The notes: generated from the letters alone by a model not told the origin. A DNA stretch of 64,000 nucleotides from Thermoplasmata archaeon (GCA_021821635.1 JAKACH010000001.1:8304-72303); one strand, 5' to 3'; positions 46,490 through 57,044 are shown, counted from the stretch's first letter. Translations and numbers: made by a program.

Positions 46490-48136
46490 CTACATCTCGT
46501 CAAGCAGATTTATTCCGACCAGGTAGCACGCATCCTGAAGAACATGCCTGTAAATATTGACGATCTTGGCTCTCTTCACCTCATGCTCACCCGATCCGAC
46601 AACCCTGCAATTGTTGTAAAAGTCATTAAATGAACGCACTAGTTCCAGCAGGTATGAAGCGATAGGATCTACTCGAAGGCCATCCTTTGCAGCCTGAAGT
46701 GAGTAGGGATACAGGTAGAGCATCCGGAGCAGGGAGCGCTCGTACTGATCAAAGACATTGCTTGTTTCGCCGTCAGTACTGGCTTCCTTCAGTATCTTGG
46801 TGGTTCTTGCGTATGAATACATGATATACGGTGCCGAATCCCCCTCAAGGTTGAGAGCTTCCGACCACTTGAATACCAGCTCTTTTCCAAGGTTTATCTT
46901 GGCAATCTGGAACCTGATAGCAGATACTGCCACAGCGTTTGCAATTTTGCGCAGATCCCCGTCAGGCAGGTCTGGCCTCTTTGACTTTACAATCTCGAGG
47001 GCATTCTGCTCTGCCTTCTCAATCAGCTCGTCAAGTGTCACGACGTTTCCGGATCTGGTTGACATTTTGCCGCTGTCAAGAGAGATAAAGCTGTAGAATA
47101 CAAAAGATATCTTGGAGCGCAGGTTCACCATGTCCTGAAGGATTTCAACAAGGGATTTTGCATAGTCCCGGTGATCTTCGCCTAAAACGTCGATAAGCCA
47201 GTCATAATTCAGTGACTTGAACTTATGATAGGCGAGATCCCGCAGGGTATAGAGAGATGTGCCATCCGCCCTTCGCAGGAAGACCTTAGATCCATTGCTG
47301 AGTTCTATGAACTGTGCATCATTTTCGCTTTTTATGTTGTCGGAAAGTGAGGAAAGAACATCATCCATCTCCTGACTCTTTAAAAATCCTGATTCCCACA
47401 CGTAATCGTCAATCTTTATCCCAATCCTTGAGAGGGATGTGGTTATTCCTTTGAGCATCACTGTGCATATTTCATGTACTTCCCTTACCACAGTTGGCTC
47501 TCCGGACTCATACTTCTTGATCAGTGCTTCTATCTCCTTCTCCTTGCTCTTATCCTCTTCTATTTCCCGATAAACCTTCCTGTAACCTTCTAAAAGGTGC
47601 TGAATATCTATTATCCTGCTGGGTGACTTAAGGTAACCAAGGTAAAGACCCATTACCTGCTTCCCGGTATCATTGACGAAATATTGTGTCGTTACTCGGT
47701 ACCCGTAGCGCTTAAGGATCCTGGCGAGGGAATCACCAACGATCGAGTTCCTTGCCCTGCCGATGTGAATTGGGCCAGTTGGGTTCGTACTGGTATGTTC
47801 AACCAGAACACGGTCCGGGTCCTGGAAAGTATCCGGGAAGATGCCCTTCTCTTTCAGAGAAGTATCCATTATATCCAGATATGATCGCTCCCTTATCTTG
47901 ATGTTGAGATATTTCCCATCTAAACTAACGGAAGAGACATATTTCTCCTTGCCCAATTCATTCAATAAACCTTGCATCAACTTTTCAAATCCAGGCTTGC
48001 CGGAAAAACGGAAAAGTTTCAGGGAGAAATCTGCATGTCCGGTCCTATCAGTATCAAGGTCTTTAGCGCTGACATCAAGCGCCAGACTCCTGCATGTACG
48101 AATAATCGAATCCCTGATATCGTCAAAGAGCAGCAC
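46490..48136 (-). CDS. argS: arginine--tRNA ligase
   Basis: 548 aa. The HIGH-region is 'HTSTNPTGPIHIGRARN', followed by 'KMSTRSG'. The DALR anticodon-binding C-terminus ends in '...LDEM'. Confidence 0.9.
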   Translation of the reverse strand: MLLFDDIRDSIIRTCRSLALDVSAKDLDTDRTGHADFSLKLFRFSGKPGFEKLMQGLLNELGKEKYVSSVSLDGKYLNIKIRERSYLDIMDTSLKEKGIFPDTFQDPDRVLVEHTSTNPTGPIHIGRARNSIVGDSLARILKRYGYRVTTQYFVNDTGKQVMGLYLGYLKSPSRIIDIQHLLEGYRKVYREIEEDKSKEKEIEALIKKYESGEPTVVREVHEICTVMLKGITTSLSRIGIKIDDYVWESGFLKSQEMDDVLSSLSDNIKSENDAQFIELSNGSKVFLRRADGTSLYTLRDLAYHKFKSLNYDWLIDVLGEDHRDYAKSLVEILQDMVNLRSKISFVFYSFISLDSGKMSTRSGNVVTLDELIEKAEQNALEIVKSKRPDLPDGDLRKIANAVAVSAIRFQIAKINLGKELVFKWSEALNLEGDSAPYIMYSYARTTKILKEASTDGETSNVFDQYERSLLRMLYLYPYSLQAAKDGLRVDPIASYLLELVRSFNDFYNNCRVVGSGEHEVKRAKIVNIYRHVLQDACYLVGINLLDEM

Positions 48137-48179
48137 GCGTCTTCATGATCGGGCTGTATAAATCATTTTCTTACATTGC

Positions 48180-49433
48180 TCAGAGAAACTCGACACCAGC
48201 GCCCAGTCTTTTGAGATCCGACAGAAAAGAAGGATAGCTTTTTGCTATCTTTTCCACGTTGGAATGCATTACAGGTTTGCCAGAGGCAATTCCAGCGATA
48301 ATCCCTGCCATGATCATCCTGTGTTCAGTGAACGCAAGTAATTCCGGATGTCTGACTGAATCGCCTTTTCTGATGAAAAGAAGATCACCTGAATCCTGGA
48401 TCCTTGATCCGAAAGCCTGTGCGAGTCTCTTTATGTCGGCATACCTGTCACTTTCCTTCCCTCGGAGCCTTCCTGGATTCATAATACGGCACCCTTTTTC
48501 AGAGAACATTCCAAGGACGGCAAGAGGCGGTGCTAGATCCGGGTTAGAAGATGCATCGACTGTAATCTGCTCCAGTTGCCTTTTGGAGGCAGCATAAGAA
48601 TCCACTTTGGCCGCATCACTATTGCATGGAATCATTTGCAGGACTGCAGAATCCGGCTGGTCGGAATTATGTTGCAGCCCATGAATTACGATGCCGTCCG
48701 GAGAGCAAAGGAGTCCGGCCGCAAACAGAAAACCCGCCGCAGAATAATCACCATCCGCGGAAAGGCTAAGCGGCGCATGATTAAATTCGCCTGTTACCAT
48801 GAAACCATTCTCTGTTTCCCTGACTTCAGGTCCAAATCTTGAAAGTATGCTTGCGGTGAGGTTCACATATCCGCTTGATACAATCCTGTCACTGATCATG
48901 ACGGTGCCCCCGCCGCCAATCATTGACTGAAACAATATAGAAGCGCTGACAAACTGCGAACTTTCAGATCCATCAATCCTGATCTTGCCACTTGTAATTC
49001 CGGATCCGTCAAGATGAAGAGTTAGATCATCCACACGGTAAGTCAACCCCCTTTCCGATAGTGCGACGAGGAGAGGGCGAATTGGTCTCCCGGCCAACTG
49101 TCTGCTTAATTCAATATCAACTATAGACCGCTTCCCAGAAAGTAAACCTACCGCAAGGCGATATGAAGTTCCTGACTCTCCTGCAAATATCCTATCAGGA
49201 TGCCTGAATTCACCCTGCACCCTCAAGGAATTTTTGGAAGTGCTCACATTAAGACCACATTTCTTGGCGATCTCAATTGAGATCAGATCATCGTCGCAAA
49301 AGGCAACATTACCAAGCGCAAGCGTCGTGCTGCTGAAAGCTGATATCAACACGGCTCTCTGAGTGAAACTTTTGGATCCCGGGGCAGTAACTTCTCCATG
49401 AAGATCGCCAGGCGAAACAACCACCGAGGTCAA
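48180..49433 (-). CDS. aroA: 3-phosphoshikimate 1-carboxyvinyltransferase (EPSP synthase)
   Basis: 417 aa. It has 'APGSKSFTQRAVL', 'LRGKESDR' and the two-domain EPSPS layout. Confidence 0.9.
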   Translation of the reverse strand: MTSVVVSPGDLHGEVTAPGSKSFTQRAVLISAFSSTTLALGNVAFCDDDLISIEIAKKCGLNVSTSKNSLRVQGEFRHPDRIFAGESGTSYRLAVGLLSGKRSIVDIELSRQLAGRPIRPLLVALSERGLTYRVDDLTLHLDGSGITSGKIRIDGSESSQFVSASILFQSMIGGGGTVMISDRIVSSGYVNLTASILSRFGPEVRETENGFMVTGEFNHAPLSLSADGDYSAAGFLFAAGLLCSPDGIVIHGLQHNSDQPDSAVLQMIPCNSDAAKVDSYAASKRQLEQITVDASSNPDLAPPLAVLGMFSEKGCRIMNPGRLRGKESDRYADIKRLAQAFGSRIQDSGDLLFIRKGDSVRHPELLAFTEHRMIMAGIIAGIASGKPVMHSNVEKIAKSYPSFLSDLKRLGAGVEFL

Positions 49434-50245
49434 TTAAATTTCACCATAGCCTTTGTATTGCTGAGTCTGGTCATTATAACTTCATATCTTCTCGAAGGAA
49501 AATTCCTTGCAGCATTGATTAGATCCTCATGATTATCGTAAATTGCAAACATTGCGGGCCCCTTCCCTGAAATAGATGAGTAGGTTGCACCACTCCTCTG
49601 AAGATAAGACAGTATCTCACTATTGTAACCGAGTATGTTACCCAGAATCAAACCATTCAACACCATTGCCTCGTAATAAAAACCATCTTCAACCAATCCC
49701 CTCAATGGTTCAAATGAATTTGCGGCATTCTTGATTGATGCTTGATCTAACTTGGATGTCACCCGCCTCACATTCTTTGGATAGCAAACAAGAACGTCTC
49801 TCTCCTTTACCGGACGGTGAATGAGCATCTCGTCTTTATTGTTATCTGTCAGGGTTACTCCACCGTACAGGGCGCAGTATATATCATCAATAGCACCCGT
49901 AAGTGATGTGCCATTTGCCCTTGAACACTTTGCGGCGACAGCAGGGACGTCGGCCAGATCCTTCTCGTGATAATGAAAAAACCCGAGAACAACAGCCAGA
50001 GTCAGGGCGCTGCTGCTCTTAAGGCCGACAGCTCTGGGTATTCTGCTTCTTATACGAACATAAGGGTGATATTCCATACCATACATCCTGTTAAGAAGGT
50101 CAAATGTCTTTTCAATGGCAACAGTGTTTTTCCTGTCATGATCCAGAAACTCCACATCGAGTGGTAGATTAACCCCTATTGCTGCTCCTATCCCGTTTGC
50201 AAATGCAGAAATTACGGAGAGGCCGCCATGTGTTGTGACCTTCAA
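49430..50245 (-). CDS. aroK: archaeal GHMP-type shikimate kinase
   Basis: 271 aa. The GHMP motif is 'IPRAVGLKSSSALTLAV'. It sits between aroE and aroA with 4-nt overlaps. Confidence 0.8.
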   Translation of the reverse strand: MKVTTHGGLSVISAFANGIGAAIGVNLPLDVEFLDHDRKNTVAIEKTFDLLNRMYGMEYHPYVRIRSRIPRAVGLKSSSALTLAVVLGFFHYHEKDLADVPAVAAKCSRANGTSLTGAIDDIYCALYGGVTLTDNNKDEMLIHRPVKERDVLVCYPKNVRRVTSKLDQASIKNAANSFEPLRGLVEDGFYYEAMVLNGLILGNILGYNSEILSYLQRSGATYSSISGKGPAMFAIYDNHEDLINAARNFPSRRYEVIMTRLSNTKAMVKFN

Positions 50246-51066
50246 GGTGAAATCCCTCTGAACTTCCGGAACTCCTTTCTGAACAGGTCTTCGACCTTCT
50301 TGCCTGAAATATCAAACATTTTTTCAAGAGTAGCGAGGCCCTGTCCTATAAACATCTCCTCGCCGTTAATAACCCTCCATCCGTTCTCCTCCATTATCTT
50401 AAGGAACATGGTTCTGGGTGGATTGTAAACCAGATCAATTGCAACTCCACTTTTTGCCCTGTGCGGCGGGGGAGGCGGAAGAACCCTCTCCACCGATTCA
50501 GGAGTGCAGTTTACCACAATATCGCATAACCTGAACATATCGGAGTAAGAAATGACGGGATAGTCGAGATCATAGGCTTCCAGCTTCCTCTCAGTCAACT
50601 CTGGATCCCTGCTTGCAACGTGCAGAGACGCCGGCGAGTATCTGCCTGATATGGCATGCATCACGCTTCTTGCAGCCCCGCCTGAACCGACTATCACCAC
50701 ATTCATGTCGTCGAGGCATACCTTGTTCCTCTCAATGAGACTCTCAAACCCAGCCACGTCAAGGTTGTCCCCTGTAATCCGGCTACCGGAAAAACTCAGA
50801 AGGTTTACAGACTGCGTCTTTCCTGCCGCAGGCGAAAGCCTGTCGCAGAAGTCCAGGACAGTGTTCTTGTGTGGTGATGTTACGTTCAGAGCGAAAAAAT
50901 GATCTCCCGCACGTTTAAGAAATGGCGCCAGATTGCCCGGCGCCAGGTCAATAGCGGCATAGAAAGCATCTACAGCCATCTCACTGAATATACTGTTATA
51001 AACAAACTGGCCCGCTGACTGGGATACCGGCCTTCCTATCAATCCTACTAATTTTCCTTCAGCCAT
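50242..51066 (-). CDS. aroE: shikimate dehydrogenase
   Basis: 274 aa. Motifs are 'GLIGRPVSQSAGQFVYNSIF', 'LNVTSPHK' and the Rossmann 'VVIVGSGGAARSV'. Confidence 0.85.
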   Translation of the reverse strand: MAEGKLVGLIGRPVSQSAGQFVYNSIFSEMAVDAFYAAIDLAPGNLAPFLKRAGDHFFALNVTSPHKNTVLDFCDRLSPAAGKTQSVNLLSFSGSRITGDNLDVAGFESLIERNKVCLDDMNVVIVGSGGAARSVMHAISGRYSPASLHVASRDPELTERKLEAYDLDYPVISYSDMFRLCDIVVNCTPESVERVLPPPPPHRAKSGVAIDLVYNPPRTMFLKIMEENGWRVINGEEMFIGQGLATLEKMFDISGKKVEDLFRKEFRKFRGISP

Positions 51067-52130
51067 TTGCCTAACCCCTCCAAATATTCATCAACCGGCA
51101 GTGCCAAATTCCTGCAGGATCCTGGACCATCCAATACCTGCACCGTGATATTGCCTGATCTTACTTTCTTGTCGTATTTTATTGCATCCATAAGCTTCTG
51201 GTGCATATCCTCCCCTATGGATATCTGATCGATATTGAAGCGTTTGGCGATTTCATCAATCCGGTCGCTTGCAATATCTTTAATCCCAAACATGCGAAAC
51301 GTTAGCTGTGATTCGATCCTCATCCCCCACATAACTGCCGTACCATGTGGGATCGTATACCCGGATGCCCTTTCTATCGCATGCCCCACGGTGTGCCCAA
51401 AGTTCAGAAGTTCCCTCTCGCCTGACTTTTCCTGCGGATCCGCTGAAACAATATCCATCTTTATTCGAGCACATTTGAATATCAGATCGGGAAGCGCAGG
51501 ATATCTTGTGAGAGCCGTATAATCAGAAAAAGAAAGAAGATCATCAACGATTGAAGCATCACGTATGAAACCATATTTTGCCATCTCAGCGATTCCCTGC
51601 TTTTGATGTTCCTGTCCCTTCTCAAGAAAAGCTGTATCCATCATCACCATGCCTGGATTATAGAATGTACCGACTGCATTCTTGCCGTCCGAAAGATCTA
51701 TTCCATTCTTTCCGCCAAGGGAAGAGTCAATCATGGCAAGCAGCGTTGTGGGGAAAGCGAGCAGCCCTATCCCGCGCATGTATGTTGATGCGCAGAATCC
51801 CGTCAGATCCCCAAGCGTTCCACCTCCAAAATACGCTATTGAAGATCCTCTGTCCAGTCTGCATGATCGCATGACCTTTATCAGATCGATGTATGAGTCA
51901 AATGTTTTTAGCCCTTCTCCATCCTCCACTCGAGCAACCTGTATTTCAGGCAATGATTTCTCAATGTTCTCGAACTCTATGTTCCAGGAATTCAGAAATC
52001 CGGAGCCCGCAACAATTAGTCCCGTGTTGTTTTCCTTAATGGCAGAAATCATTCTACCGGCTATTCCATTACCGACCAATAACCTGCATTTGGAGGCAGG
52101 TGTGTTGCAGGAAAATGTATGTTCGAGCAT
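51048..52130 (-). CDS. aroB: 3-dehydroquinate synthase (classical AroB type)
   Basis: 360 aa. Motifs are 'GGGTLGDLTGF', 'DSSLGGKNGI' and 'LNFGHTVGHAIE'. Confidence 0.9.
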   Translation of the reverse strand: MLEHTFSCNTPASKCRLLVGNGIAGRMISAIKENNTGLIVAGSGFLNSWNIEFENIEKSLPEIQVARVEDGEGLKTFDSYIDLIKVMRSCRLDRGSSIAYFGGGTLGDLTGFCASTYMRGIGLLAFPTTLLAMIDSSLGGKNGIDLSDGKNAVGTFYNPGMVMMDTAFLEKGQEHQKQGIAEMAKYGFIRDASIVDDLLSFSDYTALTRYPALPDLIFKCARIKMDIVSADPQEKSGERELLNFGHTVGHAIERASGYTIPHGTAVMWGMRIESQLTFRMFGIKDIASDRIDEIAKRFNIDQISIGEDMHQKLMDAIKYDKKVRSGNITVQVLDGPGSCRNLALPVDEYLEGLGKWLKEN

Positions 52131-52259
52131 TTCTGTCCACGCTCACATGCTTTCTCTCTTCATTTATTTATTCTATTGTCCTAATGTGTTTTCACCAAAT
52201 ACTTGTAAATAAGAAGAACAAATGGCTTTTAATGATGTTTTGATACACATGACAACTAA

Positions 52260-54110
52260 ATGTTCAGTGATACCATTGATTTTAGCATGATAGAGGAGGC
52301 GGGGTATCCATTTATAAAGTATCATGGGATGATTTGTGGAAACAGGACTGCGGCACTTGTTGCAGCAAATGGCACCATCGACTGGGCATGTCTTCCGAGG
52401 TTTGACTCTGATCCGGTATTTGCATCTCTTCTTGACTCCAGGAAAGGGGGCTATTTCTCCATTAGACCTGCAGACACTTCGAATTTAAGGGTGTATCAGA
52501 ACTACAAGGAAATGACGAACATCCTGCATACCGAATTCATCCGGAATGGCAAGACCGTACTTCGTCTCACTGATTTCATACCTGCTTCTGAATATTCTAC
52601 AATCAATTTTCCCGAGATACACAGGTACGTCGAAGCTCCTGAGACTGACATCCGGGTCAATGTCGAATTCAAGCCTATCTTCGATTACGCCCGCGCAAAA
52701 CCAGACATTGAGAAAACTACCTCAGGATACATATTCAAATCAGATTCCCGTTCTGCGGCTATCGTAAGCGATTCTCCGCTCTATCTTAAGGATGATACCG
52801 TTGTGGGGTCCTTCCTCCTTAAACGCTATGCGTCTAAGTGGCTTGTTTTGCTAATGGATGTCAAGAATCTGGCAAAGATCACTGATTACAAGTCTTATGA
52901 ACGCCTGGAGGAGACATCCAACTACTGGAGGAACTGGCTTTCACAGTGCAACTATCACGGCGTTTACAGCCAGCAGGTTTCGAGATCCGCGCTTGCTCTC
53001 AAAGGACTGTTCTACGAACCCACTGGCCTAATGGTTGCAGCTCCCACTTCCAGCCTTCCTGAAGCCATTGGAGGGGAGAGGAACTTTGATTACAGGTATG
53101 CCTGGGTCAGGGACACCGCCTATGTGGTTGAGGCTCTTTCAATGATCGGATTGAAAAAGGAAGCGACAAAATTCCTTTACGATATGATGGAAAGCATAAC
53201 GAAGAGCAACCAGCTCCGGACAATATACACAATAGACGGCAGCACATCACTCAGGGAGAGAACAATTGATTTTGACGGTTACATGCATACAAAACCTGTT
53301 CGTATCGGGAACAAGGCTTCCAGCCAGCTCCAGATAGATGAATATGGATCAATCATAAATGCAATTTACTACCTTGCAAAGATCGGGGGAATAGTTAACT
53401 CATATCTCTGGAACTTCGTGGTTGATTTCCTCAAGACCCTGGAGAAACTCTGGAAGGAACCTGATTCCAGTATCTGGGAGTTCAGGACTGAACCGAAGCA
53501 CTATGTTTACTCAAAACTGATCTGCTGGTCCGCTTTTGACCGCGCTATTCTAATGGGAAAGATGCTAAAGATGTCCGGTCCGTTTGACGCCTGGCGGGAG
53601 ATTGCGAACCAGATCAAGAAGGCAATCCTTGACAATGGTGTGGACCCAACCGGTTCTTACCTTACGCAGTATTTCGGTTCCGACCAGGTTGACGGCGCTC
53701 TTTTGCGGCTGCCGCTCCTTGGATTCCTGCCCACAAGTGATCCACTTGTTTCCAGAACAATAGAGAAAATAGAAGAGGACCTTATGTACGATGGCTATCT
53801 TTTCCGACGATACCTTAATGATGATGGGTTCAGCGTTCCGGATAATGCCTTCCTGCTTCTCTCGTTCTGGTATGTTGAGGATCTCGTATATCTTGGCAAG
53901 ATGCGTAAAGCACGGGAAGCTTTTGAAAGCCTGATACAGAGGGGAAATCATTTAAACCTCTTTTCCGAGGAGATAGATCTTAAGAATGGCGATATGCTTG
54001 GTAATTTTCCTCAGGCACTATCCCACATCGGTGTAGTTAGAGTAGCGACCCGGCTCAACGAGGCATTCAAGCAGAAACTTAATGCCTCAACCGTCAAGAG
54101 TAACTATTGA
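52260..54110 (+). CDS. glycoside hydrolase family 15 (glucoamylase/trehalase-like)
   Basis: 616 aa. The N-terminus is 'GNRTAALVAANGTIDWACLPRFDSDPVFASLLD', and the (alpha/alpha)6 catalytic part has 'YRYAWVRDTAY' and 'LFSEEID'. Confidence 0.9.
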   Translation: MFSDTIDFSMIEEAGYPFIKYHGMICGNRTAALVAANGTIDWACLPRFDSDPVFASLLDSRKGGYFSIRPADTSNLRVYQNYKEMTNILHTEFIRNGKTVLRLTDFIPASEYSTINFPEIHRYVEAPETDIRVNVEFKPIFDYARAKPDIEKTTSGYIFKSDSRSAAIVSDSPLYLKDDTVVGSFLLKRYASKWLVLLMDVKNLAKITDYKSYERLEETSNYWRNWLSQCNYHGVYSQQVSRSALALKGLFYEPTGLMVAAPTSSLPEAIGGERNFDYRYAWVRDTAYVVEALSMIGLKKEATKFLYDMMESITKSNQLRTIYTIDGSTSLRERTIDFDGYMHTKPVRIGNKASSQLQIDEYGSIINAIYYLAKIGGIVNSYLWNFVVDFLKTLEKLWKEPDSSIWEFRTEPKHYVYSKLICWSAFDRAILMGKMLKMSGPFDAWREIANQIKKAILDNGVDPTGSYLTQYFGSDQVDGALLRLPLLGFLPTSDPLVSRTIEKIEEDLMYDGYLFRRYLNDDGFSVPDNAFLLLSFWYVEDLVYLGKMRKAREAFESLIQRGNHLNLFSEEIDLKNGDMLGNFPQALSHIGVVRVATRLNEAFKQKLNASTVKSNY

Positions 54111-54112
54111 GG

Positions 54113-54637
54113 TCATTCCAGACCCCTCTGCCGCCTTGAATAGCTTCCCTCACGCCTTCTCAGATTAAAAGATACGAGCAGCAATATGAAACCCGAGGCA
54201 AAAAGTGATACGCCAAAGACAATTGTATATGTAACCACATAGCTTATCCTGTAGACGGTGAGCTTAGCGTATGCATTTACGTTTGCATTATTCTTCAGGA
54301 TAAGCGTCCAGTTGCCTGAATCTCCTGCCACCACATCTTTCTTTAATGAACCGTTTCCTGTGATGTTCCCTATTGCGCTAACTGCCCCAGAGGGGGCAAC
54401 CAGGCAGGCTGTAAAGTTAGCCCTTGAGTTATTTGCAATCACCGAATAAAAAAGATAATCCCCCTGTTTTATTGTGACATTGTACGTAAGATGATACGAG
54501 GACCCCGCCTGAATACTTACGTCCTTTGATTCAGGTGAATCGGATATTATGAATACAACAGATAGCGAGATCAGGACAATAGCTATCACAATAAGGATGT
54601 ATGACAGCCTAGCAATTTTCTTATAGTCTCTCAGCAC
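54113..54637 (-). CDS. hypothetical bitopic membrane protein (N- and C-terminal TM, external beta-rich domain)
   Basis: 174 aa with a GTG start. The N-terminal TM is 'LSYILIVIAIVLISLSVVFII' and the C-terminal TM is 'IVFGVSLFASGFILLLVSF'. The domain between them carries sequons. Confidence 0.5.
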   Translation of the reverse strand: MLRDYKKIARLSYILIVIAIVLISLSVVFIISDSPESKDVSIQAGSSYHLTYNVTIKQGDYLFYSVIANNSRANFTACLVAPSGAVSAIGNITGNGSLKKDVVAGDSGNWTLILKNNANVNAYAKLTVYRISYVVTYTIVFGVSLFASGFILLLVSFNLRRREGSYSRRQRGLE

Positions 54638-54686
54638 CTGTCAGATCCCGCTCCCGTACTATGAGATAACCCTGCATCGTAATAAA

Positions 54687-57044
54687 TCATTTCCTAACCT
54701 GAACCATGAGGTCAGGGGATTCATCTATGGACACGATTTCCGCTCTTGTCACACCCTCGATGAGCCTTTTGTGCTTCTCTAGCAACTCTCTTTCTCCATG
54801 AAGAATGATGCTGCTTCCTGAGACCTTCCCGGCCTTTGATGCTTCCGATCTGATCATCGATATCGTCCTGATCACATATTCGAGATTCCTGTGCATCTCT
54901 TCAGAGGCGGCAGGGTATGAGACTGGCCAGGACTCATTATGAATAGATCCTTCCTTGTTGAGGACTGTATGATACAGTTCCTCTGTGATGAATGGCATTA
55001 TCGGAGCATACAGCTTAAGTATAGACTCAAATGCAAGATAAAGCGTAGAGGCAATCTCCACTCTCTCGGCAGGATCCAGATCCTCTATCTTCATCCTCGC
55101 CTTGGATATTTCAAGGTAATTGTCGCAAAACGTGTTCCAGAAGAAGTTGTCAAGCGCCATGCGAGCTTTGGAAAGGCTGTATGAGTTCATAAATTCCGTT
55201 ATTGAGCTGGTCACTTCAGAGAGTTCCTTTAAAATCCAGTTTTCAGGCTCTCCCTTTACGCTTTTAACTCTGGAAGCATGATCTTTTCCAAGTGTAGAGA
55301 CAAGGTTACCGGCGTTAAGCATCTTGACCACGGTCTTGCGCCCTCTCATGAAGTCCTTCTCATCAATCGATATGTCCTCGCCGTTGCCCGAGACTGTCGA
55401 CCAGTGCCTGACAGCATCAGATCCATATTTCTGGACAAAATCATCGGGTGAAAACTTGTCTCCCCGGCTCTTGCTCATCTTCAGTCCCTGTGGGTTCTTC
55501 ACTATCCCACTCAGCACTATTTGGTTCCAGGGAATCTCATTGTCATGAATCATTGCCCTGACTATGCTTGTGAATGCCCAGGAGGTGATGATCTCGTGAC
55601 CCTGGAATCTCGCCGTCATTGGATATATTTTCTCGAACAGACCTCTTGGCTGGCTTGCAAGTCTTGGGGAAAGAGAAGAAGTTGCCCAGGTGTCCATAAC
55701 ATCTGTCTCGCCAACAAATTCTGTCCCACTGCACTTCGGGCAGGTGCCATTGTACTTGGTGAATCTTGGATCTACCGGAAGCATGGATTCATCTGCATAG
55801 ACAATTTCGCCGCAGTTCTTGCAATACCAGAGTGGAAAAGTGACACCAAAAACCCTCTGCCTTGATATGCACCAGTCAACTTTCAAGCCCCTGACCCAGT
55901 TGTCATATCTGACCTTCATGAAATCCGGATACCACTTTATGGAATTTCCTGCAGCATCCATTTTATCCCTGAGATCCAGGTACTTTATGTACCATTGATC
56001 CAGGATGCCTATTTCAACGGGGGTGTCGCACCGTTCATGTACATTGACTGTCTGTTTTTTCCTTTCTGATTTCGTTACGAATCCATTTGACTTCAGATGC
56101 TCCACAATAATTTTTCTTGCCTCGGTCGTAGTGATGCCAGCACGCACAAAAGTGTCGCCCTTCATTCTGCCGTTTGAATCGATTATCATCCTGGTATCAA
56201 GTGAATACTTCCTCCAGAGATCAACGTCATTCTGATCTCCAAAAGTACAGACCATCTCGGCTCCTGTTCCTTTCCCCGGGTCAACAAATTGATCCGAATA
56301 GATCTTTACACTGAATTCATATAACGGGACTGATACTTTCTTACCTATATACTCTGAATATCTCGCATCATCTGGATTCACGAACACTGCAACACATGAC
56401 CCGAGCATCTCAGGTCGTGTTGTCGCTATTTGTATATCTTTAGTATCGACGCCTTTGAATCGAATATAATAAAAATCAGTTTCCCTCTCCATGTCCTTCA
56501 TATCAATTTGCGAGATCGCCGTCCTGCAGGATGGGCAGATAAGCACAGGTCCTTTGTTCCTGTAGACCCTTTTCTTCCGGACAAGATCCAGAAACATTGA
56601 CTGCGATATCCTCCTGGACTCTTCGGAATATGTCCTATATGCATTGCCAAGATCTGCGCTGAGCCCAAGTTTCCTGAACATTTCTTTAATTTTAGCCCCT
56701 CCTTCGAGGCCTGCCTTGTTGCAAAGATCAATAAACTCTTCCGGCTGAAAATCCCGCAACCTCTTTCCCGAAAGTTTTTCTGAATATTTTTCTGTAGGCA
56801 GGCCATTGTCATCAAAGCCCATAGGATAAAATACTTTAAAACCGGACATTCGTTTAAAGCGAGCAATTATGTCCTGGTGAACATATGAAAATGAGTGCCC
56901 CATGTGGAGATCGCCAGACACCGTAGGAGGAGGAGAGTCAATTGAATATATCTCGCCTCTGGCGTCAGGGTTGAAGGCATAGGTAGAGTGTTCCTCCCAG
57001 AATACCCTCCACTTCTCTTCCATCTTTGCCATGTCCAGATCCAT
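54687..57044 (-). CDS. valS: valine--tRNA ligase
   Basis: 785 aa. Motifs are 'PPPTVSGDLHMGH' (HIGH), 'GFDDNGLPTE' and 'KMSKSRGD' (KMSKS). The size fits archaeal ValRS. Confidence 0.9.
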   Translation of the reverse strand: MDLDMAKMEEKWRVFWEEHSTYAFNPDARGEIYSIDSPPPTVSGDLHMGHSFSYVHQDIIARFKRMSGFKVFYPMGFDDNGLPTEKYSEKLSGKRLRDFQPEEFIDLCNKAGLEGGAKIKEMFRKLGLSADLGNAYRTYSEESRRISQSMFLDLVRKKRVYRNKGPVLICPSCRTAISQIDMKDMERETDFYYIRFKGVDTKDIQIATTRPEMLGSCVAVFVNPDDARYSEYIGKKVSVPLYEFSVKIYSDQFVDPGKGTGAEMVCTFGDQNDVDLWRKYSLDTRMIIDSNGRMKGDTFVRAGITTTEARKIIVEHLKSNGFVTKSERKKQTVNVHERCDTPVEIGILDQWYIKYLDLRDKMDAAGNSIKWYPDFMKVRYDNWVRGLKVDWCISRQRVFGVTFPLWYCKNCGEIVYADESMLPVDPRFTKYNGTCPKCSGTEFVGETDVMDTWATSSLSPRLASQPRGLFEKIYPMTARFQGHEIITSWAFTSIVRAMIHDNEIPWNQIVLSGIVKNPQGLKMSKSRGDKFSPDDFVQKYGSDAVRHWSTVSGNGEDISIDEKDFMRGRKTVVKMLNAGNLVSTLGKDHASRVKSVKGEPENWILKELSEVTSSITEFMNSYSLSKARMALDNFFWNTFCDNYLEISKARMKIEDLDPAERVEIASTLYLAFESILKLYAPIMPFITEELYHTVLNKEGSIHNESWPVSYPAASEEMHRNLEYVIRTISMIRSEASKAGKVSGSSIILHGERELLEKHKRLIEGVTRAEIVSIDESPDLMVQVRK

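Noticed and set aside
51682-52212. A 176-aa plus-strand ORF opposite aroB, with similar antisense ORFs at 59780-60346, 26677-27126, 5266-5658, 2291-2650 and 2891-3301
   Set aside because: All are fully nested antisense to genes with strong family motifs. Their composition is low-complexity and there is no start context. I treat them as frame shadows.
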